DNA from: Desulfobacterales bacterium | GTDB taxonomy: Bacteria; Desulfobacterota; Desulfobacteria; Desulfobacterales; UBA5852 | Reading direction: 5' to 3' | NCBI GenBank assembly: GCA_963674755.2 | Contig: CAXXVS010000002.1 | Span: forward strand, 2,080,001-2,144,000 | DNA length: 64,000 nucleotides | In this document: piece by piece, positions 1-7,299 of the stretch | Position numbering within the stretch: the stretch's first letter is position 1 | How the letters are laid out: each line of letters begins with the position of its first letter | Translations under genes and position numbers: made by a program | The notes under the pieces: generated by a model | What the model saw: the letters and a program-made list of their open reading frames with translations, nothing else | What the model was told of the DNA's origin: nothing | The model's database searches: none

Positions 1-91
1 CGATCCAAACCACCGAGATCGTGCGGCGTTGTTTGATAACCGGTGTTGCCGCTTCGGGAATCTGAGGGGACGTGTCAGTCTTCTCGGTCAT
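1..91 (-). CDS. pqiB: PqiB/MlaD (MCE) family protein, N-terminus only (runs off the window)
   Basis: ATG at 91 with GGAGGT SD; reads MTEKTDTSPQIPEAATPVIKQRRTISVVWI, a typical PqiB start; overlaps the end of pqiA. Confidence 0.75.
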   Translation of the reverse strand, partial: MTEKTDTSPQIPEAATPVIKQRRTISVVWI

Positions 92-734
92 TGGGGACCT
101 CCATTCCGTCCCAGATGAGTCGGGGGTCAAAAGCTTCAGCCGCGAACATGGTCACCACCACGACGGCGGCAAAAAATAGCGCACCGGGTCCGGCCTCGAT
201 GGTGGCCAGCGCGCCTAAATGAACCAGGGCTACCAGGATCGTGACCACGAAGACGTCCAGCATGGACCAGCGTCCGATAGCTTCGGTGAGACGATAAAGG
301 CGGGTGCGATCCACCGGGCGCCATTGCCAGCGCCGCTGCACCGATATGAGCAGAAAGGATAAAATGATCAATTTGAGAATCGGTACAAAAATACTGGCGA
401 CGAAAATGACCAGAGCGATGGGCCAACTACCGGAATGGATGAAATAGATCACCCCGCTCATGATGGTATCCGACTGCACCATTCCCAGCGATGTCGTTAT
501 CGTGACAGGGAAAACGTTGGCCGGTATATAGAATACCGCAGCGGCCAGCACCAGGGCCCAGGTCCGGGCAATGCTGTTGGGTTTGCGGCTGTGCAGGGGC
601 GCGCCGCACCGCGGGCAGTGGGCCGGTCCGCCCGCCTGTCGGCACAACAGGTGGCAGCGATGACAGGCCACCAGACCAAGCGCCCGGGCCGTCAGTGATG
701 CGCCTCGGAAGATTGGTGCTCGAAAGTTTGCCAT
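75..734 (-). CDS. pqiA: Paraquat-inducible protein A domain protein (second PqiA subunit)
   Basis: CxxC...CPRCG zinc motif, YIPANVFP, IGRWSMLDVFVV, FDPRLIWD. Confidence 0.92.
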   Translation of the reverse strand: MANFRAPIFRGASLTARALGLVACHRCHLLCRQAGGPAHCPRCGAPLHSRKPNSIARTWALVLAAAVFYIPANVFPVTITTSLGMVQSDTIMSGVIYFIHSGSWPIALVIFVASIFVPILKLIILSFLLISVQRRWQWRPVDRTRLYRLTEAIGRWSMLDVFVVTILVALVHLGALATIEAGPGALFFAAVVVVTMFAAEAFDPRLIWDGMEVPNDRED

Positions 735-1312
735 ATTTGATGTTCATCCAGGGTAGCGGACATGGCGGCCAGTACAAAAATCAACGCTAAAAAAGCGAAT
801 AGCGCCAGTCCGGGAATAATGGTCGCCATCTTCCCCAGTTTGGCCACCGATACCAGGATCCCCAGCATGAAAATTTCCATCATACCCCAAGGCTTGAGGA
901 GCAGATACACTCTGAAAACACGGGTCAGGTGACGGGGCACCTGATTCATTTTTAGTGGCACCAGGATATAGAGCAAGCTCAATAGATGGATCGCCGGCAC
1001 GATTACCACGGTGATCAGCACCAGGGTGGCGATGATGACCATACCCTGCTGATAGAGCTGGTAAATCCCGGTGGCCAGAATTGTCTCACGGAGCTGGGCA
1101 CCGATACGAAAGCCGAGAAACGGATTGAGGTTGGCCACCAGGTAAAGTGTGATACCGGTTATGGTCAAGGCCAGGGTACGGTTAATGCTGTCGCGCTTCG
1201 GGCGGTTCAGGGGAGCGCCGCAACGGGCGCAACGGGCAGAGCCCCCGAGCGGTATCTCACCCAGATGGTGGACCAGGTCGCAATCGTGGCAGGCGATGGG
1301 ATGGACGGTCAT
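692..1312 (-). CDS. pqiA: Paraquat-inducible protein A domain protein (first PqiA subunit)
   Basis: CHDCD...CARCG, PWGMMEIFMLGILVS motif. Confidence 0.9.
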   Translation of the reverse strand: MTVHPIACHDCDLVHHLGEIPLGGSARCARCGAPLNRPKRDSINRTLALTITGITLYLVANLNPFLGFRIGAQLRETILATGIYQLYQQGMVIIATLVLITVVIVPAIHLLSLLYILVPLKMNQVPRHLTRVFRVYLLLKPWGMMEIFMLGILVSVAKLGKMATIIPGLALFAFLALIFVLAAMSATLDEHQIWQTFEHQSSEAHH

Positions 1313-2036
1313 CTCCGGTATCCTTATCCAATCAGGTGAACTCTATGACCATACCAGAACTTTCGGAAAATACAACTCATTCGCGTCCGAAGCGCCGACC
1401 GGTATTTTCATCCCTCTTAAATCCTCTGGCAGGCGCCGCCCTCATATCGCACTGATTGTTTTCCTGATTTTGGCTTAAGTGGGACAAGTAGAACTAAACC
1501 GCGACAATGGGGTGTGTCAAGGGCACCGGCACCTCCGCCGGTTGCCCGAAAACATGCGACGAAGGGTGCGTTTGGTTTGTGGGAAGCCGATCCTGGATTA
1601 CAAGCTTGCATCTGGCAGGGTGTTGATTGGAAAAACACCACTGCCTTGATTGGGTACCTGCCCGCTGTTCAGCAGGTGATTTCCTCTGCTCTGTGAGCCT
1701 GAATGGCAGGGTCGGCAGCTTTGGGGCTGCCACCCTTATCACCTCGCGACTGGATGTAATAAACCCTCCACGGATCTCCCCGGCTCGGAATCCTTGGGGG
1801 TGTCCCCTCTTCCGTTTCATCCCCCTTGCTTTCGGAGTTGGCTGGTGGTATCAGACGCTGCTTTATGCATCGATATCCCTTAATGTTTTCAGAAAGATAG
1901 AATGATGTGTTATGCAATATGGTGTTGGTGTCGAGGTATGTTTATAGCCGCCCGGCTGGGCTTGCTGAAGGGGGCAGGGGAGAGAAGATAGATTATTCGT
2001 ATTCTCCCGCCCTCACCACAGAGGGGTGGGAGGGGG

Positions 2037-2453
2037 ATGGACATTAATATGAAGGAAAGTGCATCTGATATGGGAACCATCAAAACGACATACGAGCTTG
2101 ATAAGGGTCTGACTGTCATCACAGCAACGGGTAGGATGACTGCACAGGACTTCGATGAATGGAGGCAGAATTACTATTCTGACAAAGTTACAGCGAACAT
2201 CCTTTGGAACATCGTTGATGCCGACCTATCAGAAATTGAGTCCGAAGATGTTGCTACACATGCCCAACGTATTAGTGCCGATGCGAATGTACGTAAAGGC
2301 GGCAGATCTGCCATCGTTGTTGGTGGAAACACACTGGCATTAGGTTTAAGCAGGATGCGTGGAATTTATGGTGAGCTTGCGGATTCGCCCATTGCGGTAG
2401 AAATATTCACCAACATGGACGAAGCCAGAGAATGGCTTGGTGTAAAGGAATGA
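2037..2453 (+). CDS. STAS/SEC14 (SpoIIAA-like) small protein 1; true start may be ATG 2069
   Basis: N-terminal strand plus G, ILWNIVDAD, RSAIVV, C-terminal F..MDEAREWL signature. Confidence 0.7.
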   Translation: MDINMKESASDMGTIKTTYELDKGLTVITATGRMTAQDFDEWRQNYYSDKVTANILWNIVDADLSEIESEDVATHAQRISADANVRKGGRSAIVVGGNTLALGLSRMRGIYGELADSPIAVEIFTNMDEAREWLGVKE

Positions 2454-2824
2454 TGGTATTGGATATCAAGATTGACAACGAAAAGAAGATCATCCAGCGA
2501 ACCGTAACCGGTGATCTCTATACCGGGCGCTCACTCAAACTGGTCCGTGAACTTGCGATGTCTGTCAATACTCACAAGGGTTACAATGTCCTGATGGATA
2601 TGCGAGAGACAGAAACCAAGCCCGACATGCTCGACCTGATGCAGATCGCATCGGCTTGCACGAAGCTTCGGTCTAATTTCGATAGCAAGATTGCCTTTCT
2701 TATCCCAGATACCGAAGAGCGCATCCGATTCGCCCAGCTTTTCAAAGCCTGTATGGGAGCCCAAGGCTTTGAGTTCCGGCAGTTTTTCGATCGGGAAGCA
2801 GCTCTGGAATGGCTCGGAGTTTGA
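2450..2824 (+). CDS. STAS/SEC14 (SpoIIAA-like) small protein 2
   Basis: ATGA overlap with the upstream gene; NVLMDMRE, KIAFLIP, FFDREAALEWL. Confidence 0.72.
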   Translation: MMVLDIKIDNEKKIIQRTVTGDLYTGRSLKLVRELAMSVNTHKGYNVLMDMRETETKPDMLDLMQIASACTKLRSNFDSKIAFLIPDTEERIRFAQLFKACMGAQGFEFRQFFDREAALEWLGV

Positions 2825-2969
2825 GCCATCGTTCCCAGCCCGATACCGGCAATTACGGTTGACACGCTCCCTAAAAACATAGTAGCGATTTCAGTCAATT
2901 ACATTGGAAACGGATCGAATAAACAAGTCCGCCCGTCGCTCCGGCAATCATTAGTACTTGGAGACACTC

Positions 2970-3338
2970 ATGCCTGACAGGATTAAGCTCTATCATATAA
3001 GGGACTTCATCAGAATGACAGAATCCGGTGAGCTTGATCGTGACAGGTCGATTAGACTTGTTCGTGAACTTGCGACCTCAGCTGACTTCCATAAAGATCA
3101 CAATGTCATGCTGGACTTGAGAGAGACTCATGGACAAGCAAGTATGAGCGATCTAATTGAGATCTCAACTGAGTTTGCATCCTACCACAAAGTCTTCAGA
3201 AACAAGATTGCCGTGCTCATTCCAAACACCGAAGAACGGCTTCAACTCGCCAACCGATTTAAAACGTGCATGGATATGCAGGGCTTCCTATTCGAACAGT
3301 TTACCGACTTTGAAGAGGCAATAGAGTGGCTCTCATAG
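2970..3338 (+). CDS. STAS/SEC14 (SpoIIAA-like) small protein 3, paralog of protein 2
   Basis: GGAG SD; NVMLDLRE, KIAVLIPNTEER, FTDFEEAIEWL; shares RS..LVRELA.S and IP.TEER with protein 2. Confidence 0.72.
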   Translation: MPDRIKLYHIRDFIRMTESGELDRDRSIRLVRELATSADFHKDHNVMLDLRETHGQASMSDLIEISTEFASYHKVFRNKIAVLIPNTEERLQLANRFKTCMDMQGFLFEQFTDFEEAIEWLS

Positions 3339-3515
3339 GTTCCTTGCCATAGCAAGAGCACAGTCAGGACCGCATTCATCAATCCAGCTAAGGATCATAC
3401 CTTTTATTGTCTTGTACTCGACGGTCCCCGGCACCAAGGTGCCGGAGGGATCAATCAGTGTCAGCGCTTTGGTGATCGTTTCGACTTCGGTTTCTCGTTC
3501 CAGTTTCTTAGCCAA
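3333..3515 (-). CDS. IDPxGxLxPGT-family small protein, subtype B copy 1 (60 aa, C-terminally shortened)
   Basis: TTG start with GAGGGG SD; 35/47 aa identical to 6671-6877; ends MARNL instead of MARKGAKHLDTWLK. Confidence 0.65.
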   Translation of the reverse strand: MAKKLERETEVETITKALTLIDPSGTLVPGTVEYKTIKGMILSWIDECGPDCALAMARNL

Positions 3516-3718
3516 GAGTGCCCCTCGATATTGAGAAGGTGCCGACTGTCGTGAGACATTCGCAGCACCTCGTCCGGTTCCATTTCCGCCATCCAAGATA
3601 GGATCATTTCCGTAACCCAATTGTGCTCGTGCGTACCTGGCATCAACACGCCCTTCGGGTCGATGATTGCCAGAGCGTTCGAGAGCGTCTGGTATCTGAC
3701 ATTGGTGGGTTTTGCCAT
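3461..3718 (-). CDS. IDPxGxLxPGT-family small protein, subtype C (85 aa; start could be 3733)
   Basis: TLSNALAIIDPKGVLMPGTHEHNWVTEMILSWM...EVLRM aligns with the other four paralogs; overlaps the start of B1. Confidence 0.65.
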   Translation of the reverse strand: MAKPTNVRYQTLSNALAIIDPKGVLMPGTHEHNWVTEMILSWMAEMEPDEVLRMSHDSRHLLNIEGHSWLRNWNEKPKSKRSPKR

Positions 3719-3913
3719 TAGCGACTTTCCCATTGTTGGCAACCACGGTCTGAAATTGGAATTCGGAATTGGCAATCTATCTTGAGCCATAACGATGGCA
3801 GGATCGCTAATCAGGTTGGGTGAAGATGACCCTTAGCACAATGATAGGTTTAAGTTCTACTCAAAAAATGATCTTATCCATAGCTGGTTAAATGGACTGG
3901 CAAGGCAAACGCA

Positions 3914-3949
3914 GGTGGGATTGATACCGGGGGCGGAACGCCCCCATGG
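3914..3949. repeat. Conserved GC hairpin element, copy 1
   Basis: GGTGGGATTGATACCGGGGGCG-GAA-CGCCCCCATGG, 34/36 identical to 6597-6632. Confidence 0.9.
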
Positions 3950-3966
3950 AAGCATGATTCGGCGAT

Positions 3967-4167
3967 CTATCTCACAGCACCTTCCACCCACACCTTCAGG
4001 TGCTTGGCGCTGTACCGAGCCATCTCAAGCACCTCGTCCCGGCTGTGCCGCCTCAACCAGATATAGATCATCTCGCTGATCCGATCGTACTGGCGAGTGC
4101 CCGGTATGAGCATCCCTTCGGGATCGATTAGCTTCAGGGCTTCTTTTATGGTGCCATCGGGGTCCAT
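3967..4167 (-). CDS. IDPxGxLxPGT-family small protein, subtype A copy 1 (66 aa)
   Basis: ATG at 4167; 44/60 aa identical to 7100-7294; a 1-nt indel near the end gives WVEGAVR where A2 has WWKVL. Confidence 0.8.
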   Translation of the reverse strand: MDPDGTIKEALKLIDPEGMLIPGTRQYDRISEMIYIWLRRHSRDEVLEMARYSAKHLKVWVEGAVR

Positions 4168-4172
4168 GCCAC

Positions 4173-4224
4173 ATTCTAAAACAAAAAGGGGAGGTGCCAC
4201 CAAAGCAGCAGTCGGATCCGCTAA
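4173..4224 (-). promoter_or_regulatory. Conserved upstream element / putative leaderless sigma70 promoter, copy 1
   Basis: GTGGCA-16-TAGAAT-5 nt-ATG, no SD; CGGATCCG palindrome at 4213-4220; nearly identical to 7300-7352. Confidence 0.65.
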
Positions 4225-4340
4225 CAATAGTTGCCTAAAACAATGGAGCGGCGCCATAGAGGAGTGTAATACTCTGGTGGGTATTTACCTTCCGGGACTT
4301 CGTTGAAGCTTCTTAGAATTGATTTTACTTTGGTGATCAT
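4221..4340 (-). pseudogene. 39 aa ORF, probably the 5' remnant of a gene cut at the module boundary
   Basis: AGGGGT SD plus ATG (MITKVKSILRSFNEVPEGKYPPEYYTPLW...); its TAG lies in the first bases of the duplicated element. Confidence 0.35.
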
Positions 4341-4413
4341 GGCTTACCCCTGTTTTCTTTTTAGGGGTTATCAACACCATAAGGATCACTGCATTCCGAG
4401 CCGCACAATTATT

Positions 4414-4713
4414 TCAAGATTTCTTCCGCTTCTCCCGCCGCCATTCCCATGGCGGCGTAGGATCCTTATTAGCCCATAACCCGATACCAGCCTTCCTGGC
4501 TACCTCCTCAGCATCGGCATAATCCTGCCGCTTCGAGTACCGCTTATAATGCCACGCAAACCCAGCCTTCAGGATCTCCAAATTCAGCTCCTTGCCGCTT
4601 TCAAGATAAACCCTATCCACGGTCCGACCGTACCGGTCGATATCCACCTCCCGGTAATGGATGGTCTTGCCAAAGCACTGATCTGAAACAAACTGCTTAG
4701 CTTTCTTCCCGTA
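4414..4713 (-). pseudogene. Thermonuclease (SNase-like), C-terminal fragment
   Basis: YGKKAKQF...DIDRYGRTV...LNLEILKAGFAWHY...ARKAGIGLW...PPWEWR; the N-terminal DGDT/RL.GID.PE region and start codon are missing. Confidence 0.85.
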
Positions 4714-4798
4714 ACCCGCCGTAAGGGATCTTGAGCCGGATGGCTACGTCAAGGGCGGCTTGTTCGGCGCCGGAGGATATGATCTTGGTGATGGTCAT
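4697..4798 (-). pseudogene. N-terminal fragment of a putative molybdenum-carrier (SLOG superfamily) protein
   Basis: MTITKIISSGAEQAALDVAIRLKIPYGG resembles the family start KIISGGQTGAD.AALD.AI..GIPHGGW, with the GQT residues lost. Confidence 0.6.
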
Positions 4799-4802
4799 AC
4801 GA

Positions 4803-5465
4803 CTAATTGTCAGGCATATCATGCATTGTAAGGGATTCCACTACTGACTCGAATGCTGGGCGGTTACTTTCAAATTTTTCACTCACAGAAAAAAGTATCA
4901 CTGCCGTTTGACAAAAATTCGTTTTGTGGCATGGGCAAATAAACCAGTCTAAACCAGCTGTTACGTCATTTAAGGAATGCTCCATATCGACCTCAATCTC
5001 GTACAGCGCTTCAGGTTTATACGATCTGGCATTAGCAATATAATTGCGGTGCGTTGTTGAAAGACTTTCAACATTGACCTGGCTCTCAAATCGCGAGACC
5101 TTGGTGTCTGTTTCGATCTTTTCTTTCATCATTGGCAGGATCTCACGAATTTTTCTTTCCGGCGTATCAAGCAAGTCCTGAAAGCTGTGTCTTCTTTTAT
5201 CGTTTGCAATGGTAATTATTCCTCCCGAGCTTTTATTGATCATTACCAACGTCACCATTTTTTTGAAGGACTGAGGAATCGTTTTCTCAATGTCCTTTGG
5301 GAATTTTTCGTAAACATCCCAACCTTGGGGGATGTCAACGCTGTACTGATATTTGAAATTGGTAGCCTTGTCGGGGAGAATAATCGGGGGAGGAAAAGTT
5401 GCACAACCAACGAGTCCAACTACCGCAGCCATAATAAGCAGATTACTCCAGGTCAGGCGTTGCAT
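4803..5465 (-). CDS. Hypothetical lipoprotein
   Basis: GGAGG SD before ATG 5465; signal peptide with LVGC lipobox. Confidence 0.7.
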   Translation of the reverse strand: MQRLTWSNLLIMAAVVGLVGCATFPPPIILPDKATNFKYQYSVDIPQGWDVYEKFPKDIEKTIPQSFKKMVTLVMINKSSGGIITIANDKRRHSFQDLLDTPERKIREILPMMKEKIETDTKVSRFESQVNVESLSTTHRNYIANARSYKPEALYEIEVDMEHSLNDVTAGLDWFICPCHKTNFCQTAVILFSVSEKFESNRPAFESVVESLTMHDMPDN

Positions 5466-5506
5466 ACTGTATATCCTCCATTTATTTGGTATTCGGATAG
5501 GCGTCA

Positions 5507-5971
5507 CTATCCCGCGACGCTTAGTTCATATCCAAAGGTTACTTTGTCAAATCCTTCATCCGAATGATACTCGATGCGAAAAGGCATTCGCTTCTGGAGA
5601 TCGCCGAATACCGTATGGGGGCGAAAACTTACATTATCAACTATCCGATCCACTCTGCCTACAAGCATAAAGAACTTTGAAGGTCCATCCATAAGCCTGT
5701 AAAAGCTTATGTTCCCGTTGGAGGCATCAACAAAGCCCTCGATAACATAGTCTCCTTCAGCCACTCCCTTTTTTATGATAAAATCGAAAACCATGTGGGG
5801 GGTTGTGAGAACACACTGTTTGCCTTCACCAAAGGCTGGATAGTAGCCAGAATGATAATCACACCATCCCTCTGAAGGGTATTCTATCTCTTGCCCAACA
5901 TACTTCTTACCGCAAGAAACAAGAACAAGAGCACAAAGAACGAGAATCACTGCTACCGAAATTCGCCTCAT
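5507..5971 (-). CDS. Hypothetical lipoprotein
   Basis: GAGGGG SD; MRR, a hydrophobic stretch and an LVSC lipobox. Confidence 0.72.
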   Translation of the reverse strand: MRRISVAVILVLCALVLVSCGKKYVGQEIEYPSEGWCDYHSGYYPAFGEGKQCVLTTPHMVFDFIIKKGVAEGDYVIEGFVDASNGNISFYRLMDGPSKFFMLVGRVDRIVDNVSFRPHTVFGDLQKRMPFRIEYHSDEGFDKVTFGYELSVAG

Positions 5972-6001
5972 GTCATTCCCCTCTCATATTGAGTTCCAAG
6001 T

Positions 6002-6547
6002 TTATCTCGTCAGGTACTCCGTATCCCCTTTCGCCCAGCCCAGATATAGTACCAGACCATCAAAGGGCTGGGCGGGGTATATCATGTTCATCTCAGTCTC
6101 TATTCCAAACAGTGCTGCAAATTTGCTGTACTGGTCGAACCACATGTTCTGCGGACTGAACGAATGCACCAGCATGAGTGCTATCCCCGCTTGAAACTGC
6201 CGAGCTAAAAGCTTAGCGGACACAGTCCGGTGTAGCAGCTGGTACGGGATTTCCATGACGGCATCCACAGGCAGGTTAAGCTCCGAACACAGGAACTCCA
6301 ACCGCTTCACCTTTCCGGCAGAGGGGTTCTGGTACCATTCCGATACAGGCTTATCGAACGGTTCGTCCACCTTGCCTTCCACGGCAATGGTGACAAGCTG
6401 ATCGGCTGACTTAGCCAGGACGAATATGTCATTCTGAGAGGCGGCTCTGCCGCCGGGGAGGTCCACCTTGTGCTCGGGGATAATCAGGAGGGGGGCGATG
6501 TGCTTGACCTGATTAGCAAACGAATAGTAGATCCTGAACTGGACCAC
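6002..6547 (-). pseudogene. DUF6946-like PD-(D/E)XK-fold protein, probably 5'-truncated
   Basis: PEHKV.LPGG..SQNDIF, AVEGKVDEPF, YQLLHRT, MLVHSFS motifs recalled for this family; no SD, and the expected N-terminal segment appears absent. Confidence 0.55.
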
Positions 6548-6550
6548 ATC

Positions 6551-6581
6551 GGCAGAGCCTCTTTGAGGCTCTGCCTTTTTT
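6551..6581 (+). terminator. Intrinsic terminator-like hairpin
   Basis: Perfect 11-bp stem GGCAGAGCCTC-TTT-GAGGCTCTGCC followed by T6. Confidence 0.7.
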
Positions 6582-6596
6582 GTGCCTTGAGTATTG

Positions 6597-6632
6597 GGTG
6601 GGATTAATACCGGGGGCGGAACGCCCCCGTGG
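6597..6632. repeat. Conserved GC hairpin element, copy 2
   Basis: GGTGGGATTAATACCGGGGGCG-GAA-CGCCCCCGTGG. Confidence 0.9.
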
Positions 6633-6670
6633 GGGTGGTACGCCGGGTTGACGGCTGCCTCAACGACACT

Positions 6671-6877
6671 TCACTTCAACCATGTGTCCAAGTGCTTTGC
6701 GCCCTTCCTTGCCATATCAAGAGCGTAATCAGGACAGCCTTCATCAATCCAGCCAAGGATCATATCTTTTATCGTATTGTATTCGACGGTCCCCGGCACC
6801 AAGATTCCGGAAGGATCAATCAGTGCCATTGCTTTAGATACGGTTTCGTCATCTTGATCGGTTCGTTCTGGTTGCAT
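6671..6877 (-). CDS. IDPxGxLxPGT-family small protein, subtype B copy 2 (68 aa, intact)
   Basis: GGAGG SD; ETVSKAMALIDPSGILVPGTVEYNTIKDMILGWIDE...MARKGAKHLDTWLK. Confidence 0.8.
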   Translation of the reverse strand: MQPERTDQDDETVSKAMALIDPSGILVPGTVEYNTIKDMILGWIDEGCPDYALDMARKGAKHLDTWLK

Positions 6878-7039
6878 TGCAATCCCTCCCTGGTGGCATA
6901 TTGAGCAGCCGTGTTTCTCAGGAGCAAGATCAGAAATTGGAACGCTGATGTGAATGGCTTTGTCAAAAAGGTTATAGCGGCACTAAAAAATGTCAAACGC
7001 AGCTGCCGGGGGAACTGGTATTGGGGAACCAGAAACGGG

Positions 7040-7075
7040 AGGAGTCGATACCGGGGGCGCAGAGCGCCCCCGGCT
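7040..7075. repeat. Conserved GC hairpin element, copy 3 (variant)
   Basis: GGAGTCGATA-CCGGGGGCGC-AGA-GCGCCCCCGG; same ATACC leader, longer stem. Confidence 0.8.
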
Positions 7076-7099
7076 ATGGGCGGGATTTCAGAGCCTATC

Positions 7100-7294
7100 T
7101 TACAGCACCTTCCACCAAACCTTCAGGTACTTAGCGCTGTATCGAGCCATCTCAAGGGTCTTTTCAGCACCGTGCTGCCGTAACCAGATTTCGAGCATTT
7201 CCCAGATCCTGCCGTATTGACGTGTACCGGGAATGAGCATCCCCTCGGGGTCGATGCGCTTGATAGCTTCGGATATTGTTTCATTCGGGTCCAT
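7100..7294 (-). CDS. IDPxGxLxPGT-family small protein, subtype A copy 2 (64 aa)
   Basis: MDPNETISEAIKRIDPEGMLIPGTRQY...LEMARYSAKYLKVWWKVL; differences from A1 are synonymous-biased. Confidence 0.8.
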   Translation of the reverse strand: MDPNETISEAIKRIDPEGMLIPGTRQYGRIWEMLEIWLRQHGAEKTLEMARYSAKYLKVWWKVL

Positions 7295-7299
7295 GACAT

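Noticed and set aside
1..91. Possible frameshift at the pqiB start
   Set aside because: Re-reading shows that ATG 91 is in frame with the ISVVWI motif.
3438..3449. 12-bp match GGTGCCGGAGGG to the tRNA-Leu 3' end (possible att site)
   Set aside because: It lies inside the B1 coding core and homology to B2 continues on both sides, so it is not a junction.
3333..3746. 137 aa ORF as listed in the track
   Set aside because: Its first ~77 codons are an alternative frame of the subtype C gene; family similarity starts after TTG 3515.
4181..4200. TGGCAC as a sigma54 -24 box
   Set aside because: No TTGC at the -12 position.
4341..4371. TACCCCT...AGGGGTTA inverted repeat resembling the post-tRNA repeat
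   Set aside because: No tRNA fragment is adjacent, and one arm is explained as the SD of the 4221-4340 ORF.
3914..7075. 36-nt hairpin repeats as a CRISPR array or integron attC sites
   Set aside because: Spacing is 0.45-2.7 kb, there are no cas or intI genes, and no RYYYAAC/GTTRRRY boxes.
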